Shown one piece after another: positions 45,597 to 56,996 of a stretch of DNA of 64,000 bases; the stretch's first letter is position 1; each line of letters begins with the position of its first letter. The position numbers and the translations under genes were made by a program. This DNA comes from Eukaryota sp. TZLM1-RC (Eukaryota > Protista > Metamonada: BaSk clade): NCBI GenBank assembly GCA_040285825.1, contig JAUPSS010000001.1, forward strand, positions 2,728,001-2,792,000, given 5' to 3'. Under the pieces are notes generated by a model. The model made no database searches. It had not been told where the DNA came from and saw only the letters and a program-made list of their open reading frames with translations.

Positions 45597-47499
45597 ATGA
45601 CAGACACCCACTCTGTGTCACGTGTATTCACTCGGTCTTGTGCACTTAACTCGCTGCTGACCCCTGCAGCGGTGCAACAAATTCGGACTGACCTTCCTGT
45701 GGTCACCGAGATTTGTCATGAAGCTTCTTTATTACTTCAATCTTTTCTTCTAAATTTTCCGTTGGCATCTAGAGCTTTAGTGGAGCAGGATGTATGGTAT
45801 CTGTTTATGACCGTCATCACCACTGGTTGTTTTCTTAAGCCTTCCACATCTAAAGACCAACGCCAATTACTCCATATCTTTTACAATGGATTTCTTTCTG
45901 AATACCCACAAGACAGGTCTATTGTTTCTGTGTGGGAAAATTCTTTAGTGGCTTACAGAAATTTATTCAATCTTTTCCTCAATGATTGGCTGCAGTCCCA
46001 GAACTGCAATTTTATCAATAGAAAAGGGCTTTCTCCTTACCTTGCTTGTCGGGCTCGTCAATTGGCGTCTAACGTGAAGACAAGTTTACCTAAAATTTGT
46101 CAATCCTGGACAAAAAACTTTATTCGTGCTCATTGTAGAGCTCTAGATAAAACAAATGTCTGTGCCAATTGTATTCTCTTTTTTACCAGATGAACCATTA
46201 GCCCAACCCGAGGAAGTAGTTGTTGATTCTGTTCTTGAGCACTACATCAATTTCAATATGAATTATTCAAGAGAAAGATTCTTTTTATTAAACGCATGTA
46301 AGTTTATCTTGAATCTCCTTCAAAGATTTCCTACCACTGCCTCCCTACTGTCCTCACATGATAAAATCACCTTTTCATCAAAGGAAATTGGTGAGCTTTT
46401 TCTCTTCAATCTTAAAATTTCACAATACTTACGCACTGTCTTTTCTCATATGCATTGCTGGAAGAAATTTAGAATAATACCTTTAGCTTCTCATAAAGGT
46501 TCTAAATTTATTGAGGTACCTTCACAAATTTTCCACTCTGTGAAAAAATTTCCAATTATTGAAGGATCATCTTCCAAATCAAAGTTTATCAAAAATACAT
46601 GTCTGAAACGAATATTCAAACAATGTCCTTACCAAAAATTCAATATCAACAGAAAAAGTTTGAAAAATAGATTCAACAAAATTTTATTGAAAACTAATGG
46701 TAATGAACTGCTTTTGACCTTTGAAGGTAAAAATAATGACTCAGAAAACACAGATGAGCTGGATGAACCACCGAAAAACAAAAGAAGATCAAAAAATGAA
46801 ATGAAAAGTGACCCTAATGCCAATAAAACCAGAGAAACACAGTTGAAGGGTACTAAAAAAATGCCCCGTCGAAGACGTAGACATCCAGTCGAAATTTTAC
46901 CTGAAAGGCCCCTTATCGGCGTTGATCTTGGCCAATCAAGATTATGTGGTTACTTCTTAAATGATAATCAATGTGGAGTTATTCCTTGTCCAACTGGCAG
47001 AAGATACATGACAAAACCTTCACCCAGTAAACACTCTCCCAACCAATATTCCGTTCAAAATTTCAACCAATATTTGAACCATTGGAATTTGGTCAGGAGG
47101 AAAGTGTATTTGGAAAGTAATCGCCAGAAATGGAAAATAATTAAATTTGATAACCGCAGACGAAAAGAGAGACGGTTCAGAGAGAGTCTCAACAAATTTC
47201 AAAAGCTGGCTGGACATCCTGATAAACTCTATCTTGCTGTGGGTTCTGCTAATTTCCCTTCTCATTGCCGCAAAGTCAATGCCCTAGTAGCATTTGGTAG
47301 ATCCACTTAGATACATCAAGTCGCGAGGCTTTGTTCTGTGAAAGCAGTAGGTGTATTTAAGTGAGGTAGCCCATTGATGAAGATCATGATTGTCTTTGTC
47401 AAATGATGCTACATGTCTCTTACAGCCTGTGAGTAGACATTGAGAAAGTTGAAATCAGGAGCGAATTTCACAGGGGAATGCATGATAAGTGAAATTCAC
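45597..47499 (+). mobile_element. Fanzor1-like element F5: N-terminal lobe and RuvC-I retained, RuvC-II/III deleted, right end retained
   Basis: ORFs 45597-46193 and 46156-47310 with one frameshift in a T run. Motifs VTEICHEASLLL, KTNG, LIGVDLG and LAVGSANF. The ORF is fused at 47278 into the conserved right-end sequence. Confidence 0.8.
47278..47499 (+). ncRNA. Long omegaRNA-like right end, copy 1 (first hairpin partly deleted)
   Basis: 216/222 identical to the reverse complement of 63594-63815. Multiple stems with GNRA loops. Identity stops abruptly after GAAATTCAC. Confidence 0.75.
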
Positions 47500-47614
47500 A
47501 GTTAATTCATTTCAATTTAATTTGAAGCTTGGAAGTTCATTCATTTCATCTGCATCTTCCACAGCAGTTATCTCAACATCTTACCACCATTTAACATTGT
47601 TGTGCTATTAGACG

Positions 47615-48496
47615 ATGTCTCAAGAAGAGCAATCCTTGCTTGAACTGGAACGAGAGCTTCTTGAGCGTAATACTCAACTGGAACAGAAACACAAAGAACT
47701 CCGTGAAAGAGCTGCCACTGCTATCAACTTTGACCTTTCTTTCTCTGATGATGACGTAGACTCTCCAATGGACGTTTCTCATGAAGAACCCACTCCTGCA
47801 CGACGCTCCTCCACAGGTTCTAGGACAGACTTTGTCAGAAGATCCGCTACTTCTGCAGATATCACCCCCACCCAACCGCTGGAAAACCTACCTGCTCAAG
47901 CTGCTTTGAAATTCCAAAATGAACGTGTTAATGTTCTTAAGTCTGAACTTGCTATTGCTGCTGACACGCTGCAGGAACAGCAAGCAGAACTAGAAGGAGC
48001 CACTACTAAAATCAAGGAACTTTCCCAGCAAAATCTTTTATTAACCAAAAAAGAAACACAACAACGACTACATAATGAGAAATTGGAACGTAAACTATCG
48101 AGCATGTCTTCACAACTGCTTGATTTACAAGCCGAGAAGGCTTCCATTGAAGAACAGCATGATACATTAAAAAGGGAAGGAAGGCTGGCTAAAACTAGAA
48201 CTGGGAATGTTGACGTTCAGCTTAACCGGGCTTATGAGACAATAGAGAGGCTTCAGAGCAAGGTCACTGTTTTGGAGGACAACCTGCAGGAAGAGAAGAG
48301 GTTGAGGAGAGAGGAGGTGGATGAACTGAGTAGGAAGTGCAGGGACTTTAAGAAACAAAGAGATGAGCTTTTGGATGGACTCAAGAAGCAACAACAGTTG
48401 ATTACTGTGCTTCAAAAGCAAAAGGCTCACTTAGAATCTGCAACATTACTTGAATTGACTTCTTCGGAGTGGTTAAAGTTGATCAGTACGGAGTAA
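47615..48496 (+). CDS. TEX9: TEX9-family coiled-coil (centriolar) protein
   Basis: DVQLNRA...ELL.GLKKQ.QLI.VL.KQK.HLE.A.LL..T..E is the C-terminal signature. Confidence 0.8.
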   Translation: MSQEEQSLLELERELLERNTQLEQKHKELRERAATAINFDLSFSDDDVDSPMDVSHEEPTPARRSSTGSRTDFVRRSATSADITPTQPLENLPAQAALKFQNERVNVLKSELAIAADTLQEQQAELEGATTKIKELSQQNLLLTKKETQQRLHNEKLERKLSSMSSQLLDLQAEKASIEEQHDTLKREGRLAKTRTGNVDVQLNRAYETIERLQSKVTVLEDNLQEEKRLRREEVDELSRKCRDFKKQRDELLDGLKKQQQLITVLQKQKAHLESATLLELTSSEWLKLISTE

Positions 48497-48739
48497 ATTT
48501 TTAGTTTGTATCATAGTATTTGTATAGTTTTGCGGTTTGGTTTGTTTAAATACAAGCTTATTTATCTAGGTTTTTCTTAGTTCAATATGCTTAATACTCA
48601 CTAATCAGTTTGATGTCAAAGAGGGAATGATACAATGTAGGGAGATTATAAACATGGTGGATTGATCACTTGCATCTACTTATTTGCTATCAGTAGATAA
48701 TACTAAATCAGTAATGTTACATTCCTGCTCTTCAGAAGA

Positions 48740-49550
48740 CAGTTGCTCAAGTTGCCTAATCTCCCAAATTCCCAAAATTTATGGCCTTCTACTTAATGAT
48801 CACCAATGTACCACTGCAATGAGAATGAGATGTTTTCTATGGCCTTGTTCATTACCAAATGATTTAATTTGTCGCTGCAAGAGTGTTGTTACGCTTTCCC
48901 ATATTTTAAACTGTAAGTATTTTATAACTTATCGCTCAATTGTTCATGACTCAGTTCGTGATCAATTATATGCCATGTGCAAAAGTTTCAATATAGAGGC
49001 ATTTATTGAGCCACTAGTACGTAAGCTGTCTTCAGATCAAACGGATGATTCCTTTGGTAAAAGAAAGAAGGGTAGATTTAGTAGCTCCGGGGATCGATGG
49101 TGTTCTCAATCTTGTAGATGTTGTCTCAGTTGATGTTTGCAAAAATTCTGCTGCTCGTTTAGTGTATTTCGCTGATTCGCCGTTATCTAACGCCGAAAAA
49201 AAGAAGATAAAAAAATATGAAGAACCTTTGGCACAGTTAGGTAGAGTGGAACATGTGAAATATCAGTTTGTGCCGTTTGCAATTTCTCTTTTTGGCAATA
49301 TTGGACCTTGAGGGTTGCACTTTTTTGAAAATTTCAAAAAGTGTTACTGAATAGGTCTGGTAAAACAATGAACTCCACTTTCTGGATAAATAGAATTGTT
49401 TTTTGCATTTTCAAGTCTATTCCAACAATGATTTCAAAGGCACTTTTAGCTATTGGTGTAGAATATAAACGTTATGCTGTGAGTAGGTTCGGTAATAGTG
49501 ACGCTTGTTTGGAGGATATTGAATTCTAGATGGGTTTTTTTATCTCAATA
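48740..49550 (+). mobile_element. CRE-like 3' portion, family E
   Basis: CRC...HILNC, HDSVRDQ, EP and FWINRIVF...LEDIEF. Confidence 0.87.
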
Positions 49551-49774
49551 AATATTCCAGTTTTAAAAAAAGCTCTTCAGACAAACAACAGCTGCTAAAA
49601 CTTTTGAGCAAAACCAAAAGAATTTTTGTACCATTGCCTCTGTGACAACATTTGCTACTTGGTCTAACAGCATAATATGCTTTTGATGTCCCTCAACATT
49701 GTTGAATTGTAAGAAATTGATATGTTTCAAAATCGATTTTCAACCGATTATCCATATTACAAAACGAACCTCAA

Positions 49775-51312
49775 ATGCCTAGGCAACCCTTAAACTCTTC
49801 TCTTATTCACAAAACCTCTGATACAGAATACATCATAGATGAAGGCTTTGTCCCCAATATGAACACCAAAGCTCGTCTTTTAGTAAATGAGGCCCTCAGT
49901 GCTGGTGTATTTGAAGAACTTCGACATGCTCAACAGGAAACTGGAGGAGGTTTCCTTCCTGCTGTACAGCAACTTGCCAACGTTTCATCTCTCCCCGGAC
50001 TGGTGGGAATGCCTGTTGCCCTTCCTGATGTTCACTCTGGCTATGGTTTCCCCATCGGTGGTGTTGCTGCTTTTGATCTTGATGATCCAAACGCCGTCAT
50101 TTGTCCAGGCGGAATAGGTTTTGATATTAACTGTGGTGTGCGTTTGATCGCCACCAACCTTCGATCAAAAGATTTCAAAATAGTAAAGGACGATTTAGCA
50201 GATGTTTTATTTGGAAATGTCCCAGTTGGAGTGGGAACAGGTTTGGAAACTCTACTAAAAAACTAATATTAGGAGGAGCAATCAAACTCAATGACCAAGA
50301 CCTTAACGCTATACTCAACAATGGAGTTGACTGGGCCATTGAAAAGGGCTATGCATGGCCAGAAGACAAGCAAGTGTGTGAAGAACTCGGTAACATGTCT
50401 TCTGCCAACTCACAACACGTGTCTCAAAGAGCCAAGAAGAGAGGTAAAGGACAGATAGGCACGCTAGGTGCAGGGAACCACTATCTCGAAATTCAAGTTG
50501 TTGATGAAATTTTTGATGAAGAAACTGCTAGAGTTTTTGGCTTGGAGAGAGACCAGATTTGTGTAATGATTCATTGCGGGTCCAGAGGACTTGGACATCA
50601 GGTAGCCACAGATTACCTTCAAGAAATGGAAAGAGAGGTCAAGAATGAAGGCATTAGACTCAACGATCGTCAATTGGCTGCCGTGAAATTCAGTTCATCT
50701 GCTGGTCAACGCTATTTTGCTGCAATGTCCGCTGCTGCCAACTATGCATGGACTAATAGACAGGTGATTACTCACATAGTAAGGCAGTCTTTTGAACAGG
50801 TTTATGGTAAGAGCGCGAGAGAAATGGGGATGAGACTAGTTTATGATGTGTCACATAACATTGCCAAAGTTGAACAAATGGATATTAATGGTGTCAGCAA
50901 AAGAATCCTAGTTCATAGAAAGGGTGCTACAAGAGCCCTTCCTGCAGGCCATGAGCTTGTCCCTAGTGTCTATAGAAACGTTGGTCATCCTGTACTTGTA
51001 GGTGGTACAATGTCTGATGCATCTTATTGTTTAGCTGGTCAACCCCAGGGTCATGTTACTTTCTACTCAAGTTGTCATGGTGCAGGAAGAGCTCTTTCTA
51101 GGCACGAAGCAAGAAGAACATTGACTGGACCAAGTGTCCTGGAAGCTATGAAAAGAAAAGGGATTCTTATCAGAGTTGCCACTCCAAAGTTGGTCATGGA
51201 AGAGGCAAGCGAAAGTTACAAATCTGTTGATGCTGTAGTAGAAACCTGCCATCAAGCAGATATTACTAGAATGGTTGCCAAACTCCGTCCATTGGCTGTT
51301 ATCAAGGGTTAA
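49775..51312 (+). CDS. RTCB: tRNA-splicing / RNA 3'-phosphate ligase RtcB; one intron (50241-50272)
   Basis: LPDVHSGYGFPIG, GFDINCGVR, GNHYLE, HRKGATR, HGAGR and terminal IKG. A 32-nt GT-AG intron restores the frame. Confidence 0.97.
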
Positions 51313-51563
51313 ATTGGTTTTTTGGCATGTTGTGTATAAAGAAAATATAATAATAATAATAATAATAATGTTTCAATGTTTATTAATAAAGCCGAATATT
51401 GACTTATAAACAAATGAATCTAAACAGAAAAAACAAATTCAATGCCAATAAACACAAAATGTTTTTTTACAAAAATGATCCAAAAGATGAACATCAAACA
51501 AGGACCATTTTTGGTGTTCAAATTGAGAACAAAATAAAATGATTATTATTACAATTAAAGCCA

Positions 51564-53447
51564 TTAAACATCCACAAATTGAGGCCAAACATCTGGAAAT
51601 TCATGGAAACTGGGAACATCTGAAAGAAAGTCAGCCAAGGAAAAACTGGATTTGGAATCAGTTATGCAAGAATTGATGATAGATGAAATAGAAGGTAAAA
51701 AAGCCTCACAAAAATGTCCACAAGAGAGAAAAATTCTTCCAGATTCTTCTTGATGCTCAAAAATTTTGATTAAGTCTTCTCCAGTCTTGCCATTAGACCA
51801 CAAAACCAATGGATCATCCACCACAAGAGAACTGCCGAGAAATCCATTCAACTTTACTCTTAAATCATTTACGAATTCTCTAAAATTAATTGATGAGCCT
51901 ATATCAAATTCTATTGTAGAAACCAAATATACCAAATGCTGGGACACATCTGGACTTGAAAACCGATCAAGAATAAATGTTCTTCCTTCTGAATGGTAAA
52001 GTAGGCCATGAAGAAAATCAACTTTCCCACTTTCCCTTTTTGGAAAGTCTAGATGCATTGATTGCGTATTTGATTGATTGTACAATTCTCTATCAATTTC
52101 CACCATAATACCTTTATCAACATCAATTGTTATCAAATCTCCTGTTGAGGGTGTATAGACTGAGCCAAGCTTGACTGAAGAAAACTTGGGTGACATCAAA
52201 TGAGCCTTGAACGTGTTCATCTTTCTCTTCTCAGCATGAACCAAGACTATTGTCTTTGGTCTTAACCCCTTGATCAATCTACAAATACCTAAACCATCCG
52301 AATGAGCTGAAAACTCTAATTGGGCAATTCTACACTTCACTTCCACTCTCTCCCCGTCCACTTCGAACGAGGAAACCTCTCCTGCCAATACTCTAGCTGC
52401 AAAAGTGTTGGTTACACAATATCCAGGGAGAATTACGGTGTTTTTTGGGTCTCCAGCCCACCTTTTGAAAAGTTCCAGAGCAGTACCACCTTGCAGCATT
52501 CCCGGTGCAGCAAAGACAACACAAGGATGATCAGCAGAGATGGTGGTCCAAGAGAATGGTTTAATTCTTTTGTAGCGAACTCCCCCAGGTAAGCAAGTCC
52601 ATGAACCATAGTGGAGGTAGGCGACGTCGGCGTGGGGGGAGAGACCAGTGGAAAAATAAACGGGAACATCAATACTGTTATTTTCCCAGTAAGAGTCGCA
52701 AGTGGCACAGATTTCTTGCATTCTGCCTAATCCTGTTGAAGGAACAAGTACTTTACCCCCTTTGAGGACGGTTTCGTGAATGAGTGATAGGAACCGTTGA
52801 TCCCGGTCAGCAGTGTTGATCCTGGGATTGGTCATGGCAGTTGCTTCGGAGAGGAGAATGTCTGTATTAAGGAAGATGGGCAGGGCAGGAGAGAGATGGT
52901 GGTCCGCAAGAGGGGAGAAATCACCAGTGTAGAAGAGAGACACGTTGTTGTATTCAACGTAAACCATGGCAGCTCCGAGGATATGACCTGCAGGGAAAAG
53001 GGTGATGGAAAAGCCATTGACATTGACAGTCTGTTTGAAAGCTAAAGGGTGGACTGCATTTAGAATAGATTCTATTTGCTCTGATGTTATGAGTGAACCA
53101 GAACCTCGAAGAGAGACTTTGATTAAATCTTCTAATATTAGAGGAGCTATGGCTTTTGTGGGATGTGTCATAAAAATAGGTACATCAGTTTTAAAAATAT
53201 TAGCTAGAATAGGAATGGCTCCTATGTGATCTAGATGAAAATGGCTGATTACGACTGCTTTAATTTTGTCTACATTTAGGGAATATATTGGAGGAAATCG
53301 TTCTTTAGTGGTACCAACATGAACACCACAATCTAAGAGGATAGCAGCCTCTTCGCCATTGGGAGGAATGAAGGTTACAAGATAACAAGATCTGCCAACC
53401 TCGAGACCAGCCCCAAGAACGTGGATAGTAACTGTAGTCTGTATCAT
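51564..53447 (-). CDS. INTS11: Metallo-beta-lactamase / beta-CASP RNA endonuclease, IntS11 (CPSF73-II)-like
   Basis: GAGLEVGRSC, ISHFHLDH, PGML.GG..L..F..WA...KN.VILPGYCV and FSAHSD. It looks closer to IntS11 than to CPSF73. Confidence 0.72.
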   Translation of the reverse strand: MIQTTVTIHVLGAGLEVGRSCYLVTFIPPNGEEAAILLDCGVHVGTTKERFPPIYSLNVDKIKAVVISHFHLDHIGAIPILANIFKTDVPIFMTHPTKAIAPLILEDLIKVSLRGSGSLITSEQIESILNAVHPLAFKQTVNVNGFSITLFPAGHILGAAMVYVEYNNVSLFYTGDFSPLADHHLSPALPIFLNTDILLSEATAMTNPRINTADRDQRFLSLIHETVLKGGKVLVPSTGLGRMQEICATCDSYWENNSIDVPVYFSTGLSPHADVAYLHYGSWTCLPGGVRYKRIKPFSWTTISADHPCVVFAAPGMLQGGTALELFKRWAGDPKNTVILPGYCVTNTFAARVLAGEVSSFEVDGERVEVKCRIAQLEFSAHSDGLGICRLIKGLRPKTIVLVHAEKRKMNTFKAHLMSPKFSSVKLGSVYTPSTGDLITIDVDKGIMVEIDRELYNQSNTQSMHLDFPKRESGKVDFLHGLLYHSEGRTFILDRFSSPDVSQHLVYLVSTIEFDIGSSINFREFVNDLRVKLNGFLGSSLVVDDPLVLWSNGKTGEDLIKIFEHQEESGRIFLSCGHFCEAFLPSISSIINSCITDSKSSFSLADFLSDVPSFHEFPDVWPQFVDV

Positions 53448-53859
53448 TTAAATATCCTTGGTTGTTTGCTTTACTGAAGTGAAGACTGATAGAGAACTTC
53501 GGAGTTGAGGTAAAGACCAAAGTGGTCAATTGGTAATTATACGAAAGTGGAAATGAAAATAGATTTCCCTACCGGAATTTGCACACCCATGCAGAGGAGG
53601 TGCAACAAATGTCGATAAAATAGAAAAGCCTCAATCGAGTTCAGTCCAACAACAAATACAGATCGCTGACATGGTTAATATTGAATAGTCTAATAAATAG
53701 TCTATAGGCCGCTAAGTTCACACTTTATACTAAAGTAATTATTAGTTTTCAATATCATTGTTTCCTTCACTTTTGTTAATGTTGGCGCCCTAAGGCTAAT
53801 ATAATATGATTAGAAAATTAATCAACTTTTCATCTTCGACTTTCTTTAACTTAAATTAA

Positions 53860-54250
53860 ATGATTTGAAATGTTTCATTCCAATAATGTCAATTTATGGC
53901 GAATTGACATTGAGTACAAACAAAAAGTGACATATTTCAGGTTTTTGGTCACTTTTGAGTATCAAAAAGACAACGCAAAGCAAAGATTAGTCAAAAAAGA
54001 CAATCAATTTATGGCCGATTTTATTCTAAATTCTGAAAAATCCAGAAATTGATAGTTAAATTCTTGTTTTAGAACAAAAATTAACAGAATTAGGTCACGT
54101 TAAGGAAAGTGAGAATCAAAAGACAAAGATTTTCTCAAGGCCACCTGAAGCTTCTCTTGAAAGAGATGCTATCACACCTATTTCTGTGGTCTTTCCGGAA
54201 TTTGACTCAAATGATTCGCAATAAATTAACTAACAGAAACATTTTTTTAA
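53860..54250 (+). pseudogene. Second, shorter copy of the degraded PolB exonuclease repeat
   Basis: Clear nucleotide similarity to the reverse complement of about 33070-33445. Confidence 0.7.
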
Positions 54251-55022
54251 CATTTTTTTGGCTTCTATTCTTACTTCATGTGCTTTTATTGGTGGATGTA
54301 GAAATGCATTATTTGAGTTTTCTGAAAGATTTGCCGATTGGGAAGATTTATTAATGACAACGCAAAGTTCTACTGTTTTTGCTTTAAATGATGAAATTTC
54401 AAAAATTGATGCAGAAAAATGGAATCGATGCTTTCCCCAATCATTCAATTGTAATATTTGAACAAAAAATTAAATTTCAAATACACTCTTCGAACATGAC
54501 AGAAACGATTGACTGGAATGTATGAAAATGATCTTTATAATAATATATGCAGCTCGGCTGTGTTAAATCAAGGTCTTCACTCACTGTTATTTGAACAGGG
54601 TGTTTGTGAAAATAAGTCATCAGATTCTTCACTTTTTGTAACCATTGTACCACGAAGATTTGGACTGTGTGCTACTAATGAAGCATTTGCAACAAATAAG
54701 AGATTATATTTGAATATTCCCATTAATCAATTATTATCAAAAGAAAAATGTAAATGAATTCACCTCAGCTCACTTTGTGTCATGCTCTGAATTGTTCGAA
54801 ATTGATAACTAATCGTTCTTCATTACATGATGCTGTTAGAGACACTGTTTTGAATATGGCACGAACTGCAAGAATTTCGTGTATCAAAGAGCCTCTGCTG
54901 AAGGAAACTCTGTCATTGAATAATTTTGGTTCTAATGATAGAGGTGATGTATACTGTGATTGGATTGATAACTCTGACGCTGCTGTTGACTTTGTCTCCT
55001 TCAATGTTGCAAAATTACACTT

Positions 55023-56120
55023 TGTTTTTGTTACTGATTAACTAACTTGGCAGACAGATGAGGAATTTACATGATGATGTGGCACTTGTTCAAGAACAAG
55101 TATTTCTATTAATCAATCTCTATTCTCTCTTTACTTCTTTGGTATTTCTGCCTAACGGCATCAATAATTATTGGCCCTCATTGCAGATGATATCTACACA
55201 CGTACTACATCCGTCCCTTGCTTCTATGAAAATGGATGATGTTCTGTTGTTCCTACAACAGTGGAAGGTGTACTCTTCTGTTACACCGAAAAAGGACCTT
55301 GTTCCAGCAAGGCTCCTCGTTGACCCCTTCTTGTTAGAATCATTGGTTCTCACAAGACCTGGGGTTGATTCATCCGATGAGGTGTTTCTGGATCATTTAA
55401 AATCCTCCACCTCGTTTTCCCCCTACGAGGAATTCAACTTGGTGATGTCTGAGTTGAAGGTTGATGTCTGTAAGGGCGACGTCCGTGAACATATGTCCTG
55501 CTACCTGAGACGTTTTCTTCAGGCGAAAAGCAGGGCTTCCGGACTGAAACTGCCTGACTCAGCCTTCATGATCAGATTCGCCAAGGGTATTCTTCCATTA
55601 GGACTGCAGAAATCTCTGATTTCTCGAATTCGGGACGAGGTATTCCCCGATTTTCCTACATTGGTAAATACCGCAGAAGATGAACCACTTGATTGCACGC
55701 TAGTAGCTTCTTGGAACAGGTCTTCAAAGACTGTTTCTGAAAACACTGACTCTGTGCGTCAAGCTGGTATGAAGTCTCGTTCATCCCATAAATCTCGCAA
55801 TTTGACTGAAGGGACATGTTTCAAATGTCACCAGAAAGGTCATCTAGCTCGTGATTGCCCCTCAAAAGTTAAGCACAAAGTCAATCATCTACGCCACGTG
55901 CCTCAGTATCTCACAAATCCCCTATCTTCATTATGCTAAATGGTTTACGAAACTGTTGAAAGAAAATGGGAAGAAGTAGTGTTGTTGTTACTGATTAACT
56001 AACTTGGTAGACAGATGAGGAATTTACATGATGATGTGGCACTTGTTCAAGAACAAGTATTTCTATTAATAAATCTCTTTTCTCTCTTTACTTCTTTGGT
56101 ATTTCTGCCTAACAGCATCA
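55023..56120 (+). mobile_element. Gag-only non-autonomous LTR retrotransposon (1098 bp)
   Basis: 141-bp LTRs (55023-55163, 55980-56120) with 5 differences and TG...CA ends. 4-bp TSD ACTT and a polypurine tract at about 55958-55979. Confidence 0.93.
55058..55939 (+). CDS. Gag-like protein with CCHC zinc knuckle (true start probably downstream of the LTR)
   Basis: CFKCHQKGHLARDC, plus a capsid-like Y..RF...F.KG segment. Confidence 0.8.
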   Translation: MRNLHDDVALVQEQVFLLINLYSLFTSLVFLPNGINNYWPSLQMISTHVLHPSLASMKMDDVLLFLQQWKVYSSVTPKKDLVPARLLVDPFLLESLVLTRPGVDSSDEVFLDHLKSSTSFSPYEEFNLVMSELKVDVCKGDVREHMSCYLRRFLQAKSRASGLKLPDSAFMIRFAKGILPLGLQKSLISRIRDEVFPDFPTLVNTAEDEPLDCTLVASWNRSSKTVSENTDSVRQAGMKSRSSHKSRNLTEGTCFKCHQKGHLARDCPSKVKHKVNHLRHVPQYLTNPLSSLC

Positions 56121-56996
56121 ACTTTGGTTCACAGAAGCACACTTAATCCTGTAAGTGCTCTTGAATTTAAAGCAAAAGAAAAACATTGAAAATGAGACAA
56201 AGATATCGAAGAAGCTAATGCTGATAGAAATGCACCACTAGTTTGTATTGCTTTCCCATTTTCGATAAACTGAAGACTATCAGTAGAAGCAGGAACTTTT
56301 TTAAATGATTTCCAAAAAATGGTTCAAGAAAAAGCAATGAAAAGATTTGATATCTTTTCAAGGCGCTCTCAAATTGAATTTGCCATTATCAATGGATTAC
56401 CTCAGTTTTTCAATCGAATAAGAGAAGCTTTAGCTAGACAGCAAGCAAATCAAGATTTTGTAAAGGGAATCTTGGTTCAAAGAATTTCGTCCCATTAGTT
56501 ATGAATTAATTTTATTAAGTGTGCATGTTCAATAAATATTAAACTATGTTGCCAAGACTACCAATCATACCTTTGAATTCCATTATTTCTGGAATTCCGG
56601 AATTCCAAAATGAAAAAGATGGAATTTAAAAATATGCTATCCATTACAAACAAATTTCTGTTTGAGCTCTGTCTTGGATGATCTAGCCTCTTCATTGTTT
56701 GCAACTTTCTTAATGAATATGCATTTATGATTTCCAAGGTTGTTTTTACCGATTTTGCTTAAGGAATTCTGATGGTGAATTTACACAGAGATGACTTACA
56801 CAAAAACTAAAAAAGACCACACAAACACATTATCCCACAGATCGACAACACTGTCCGTCATAAGAACTGTACCTTAGGCTTGTCACCCTAAAATATAGAG
56901 TCTGGACATTAAGGCAAGAAGATTTGTGCAAGTTCAAATACTAAATTAATTACAAGATTGATTGCAAGTCAAAGATTGATTGATATAAGAAAACTG

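Larger units (their letters stand above)
54259..56545 (+). mobile_element. Family C CRE-like 3' portion interrupted by an LTR element
   Basis: Homologous to 2900-4090. It resumes at 56121 exactly where it broke at 55022. Confidence 0.9.

Noticed and set aside
47603-47620. TGCTATTAGACGATGTCT at the TEX9 start resembles the shared 19-mer
   Set aside because: It needs a gap and three substitutions and overlaps the ATG at a different register. It is not counted as a third copy.
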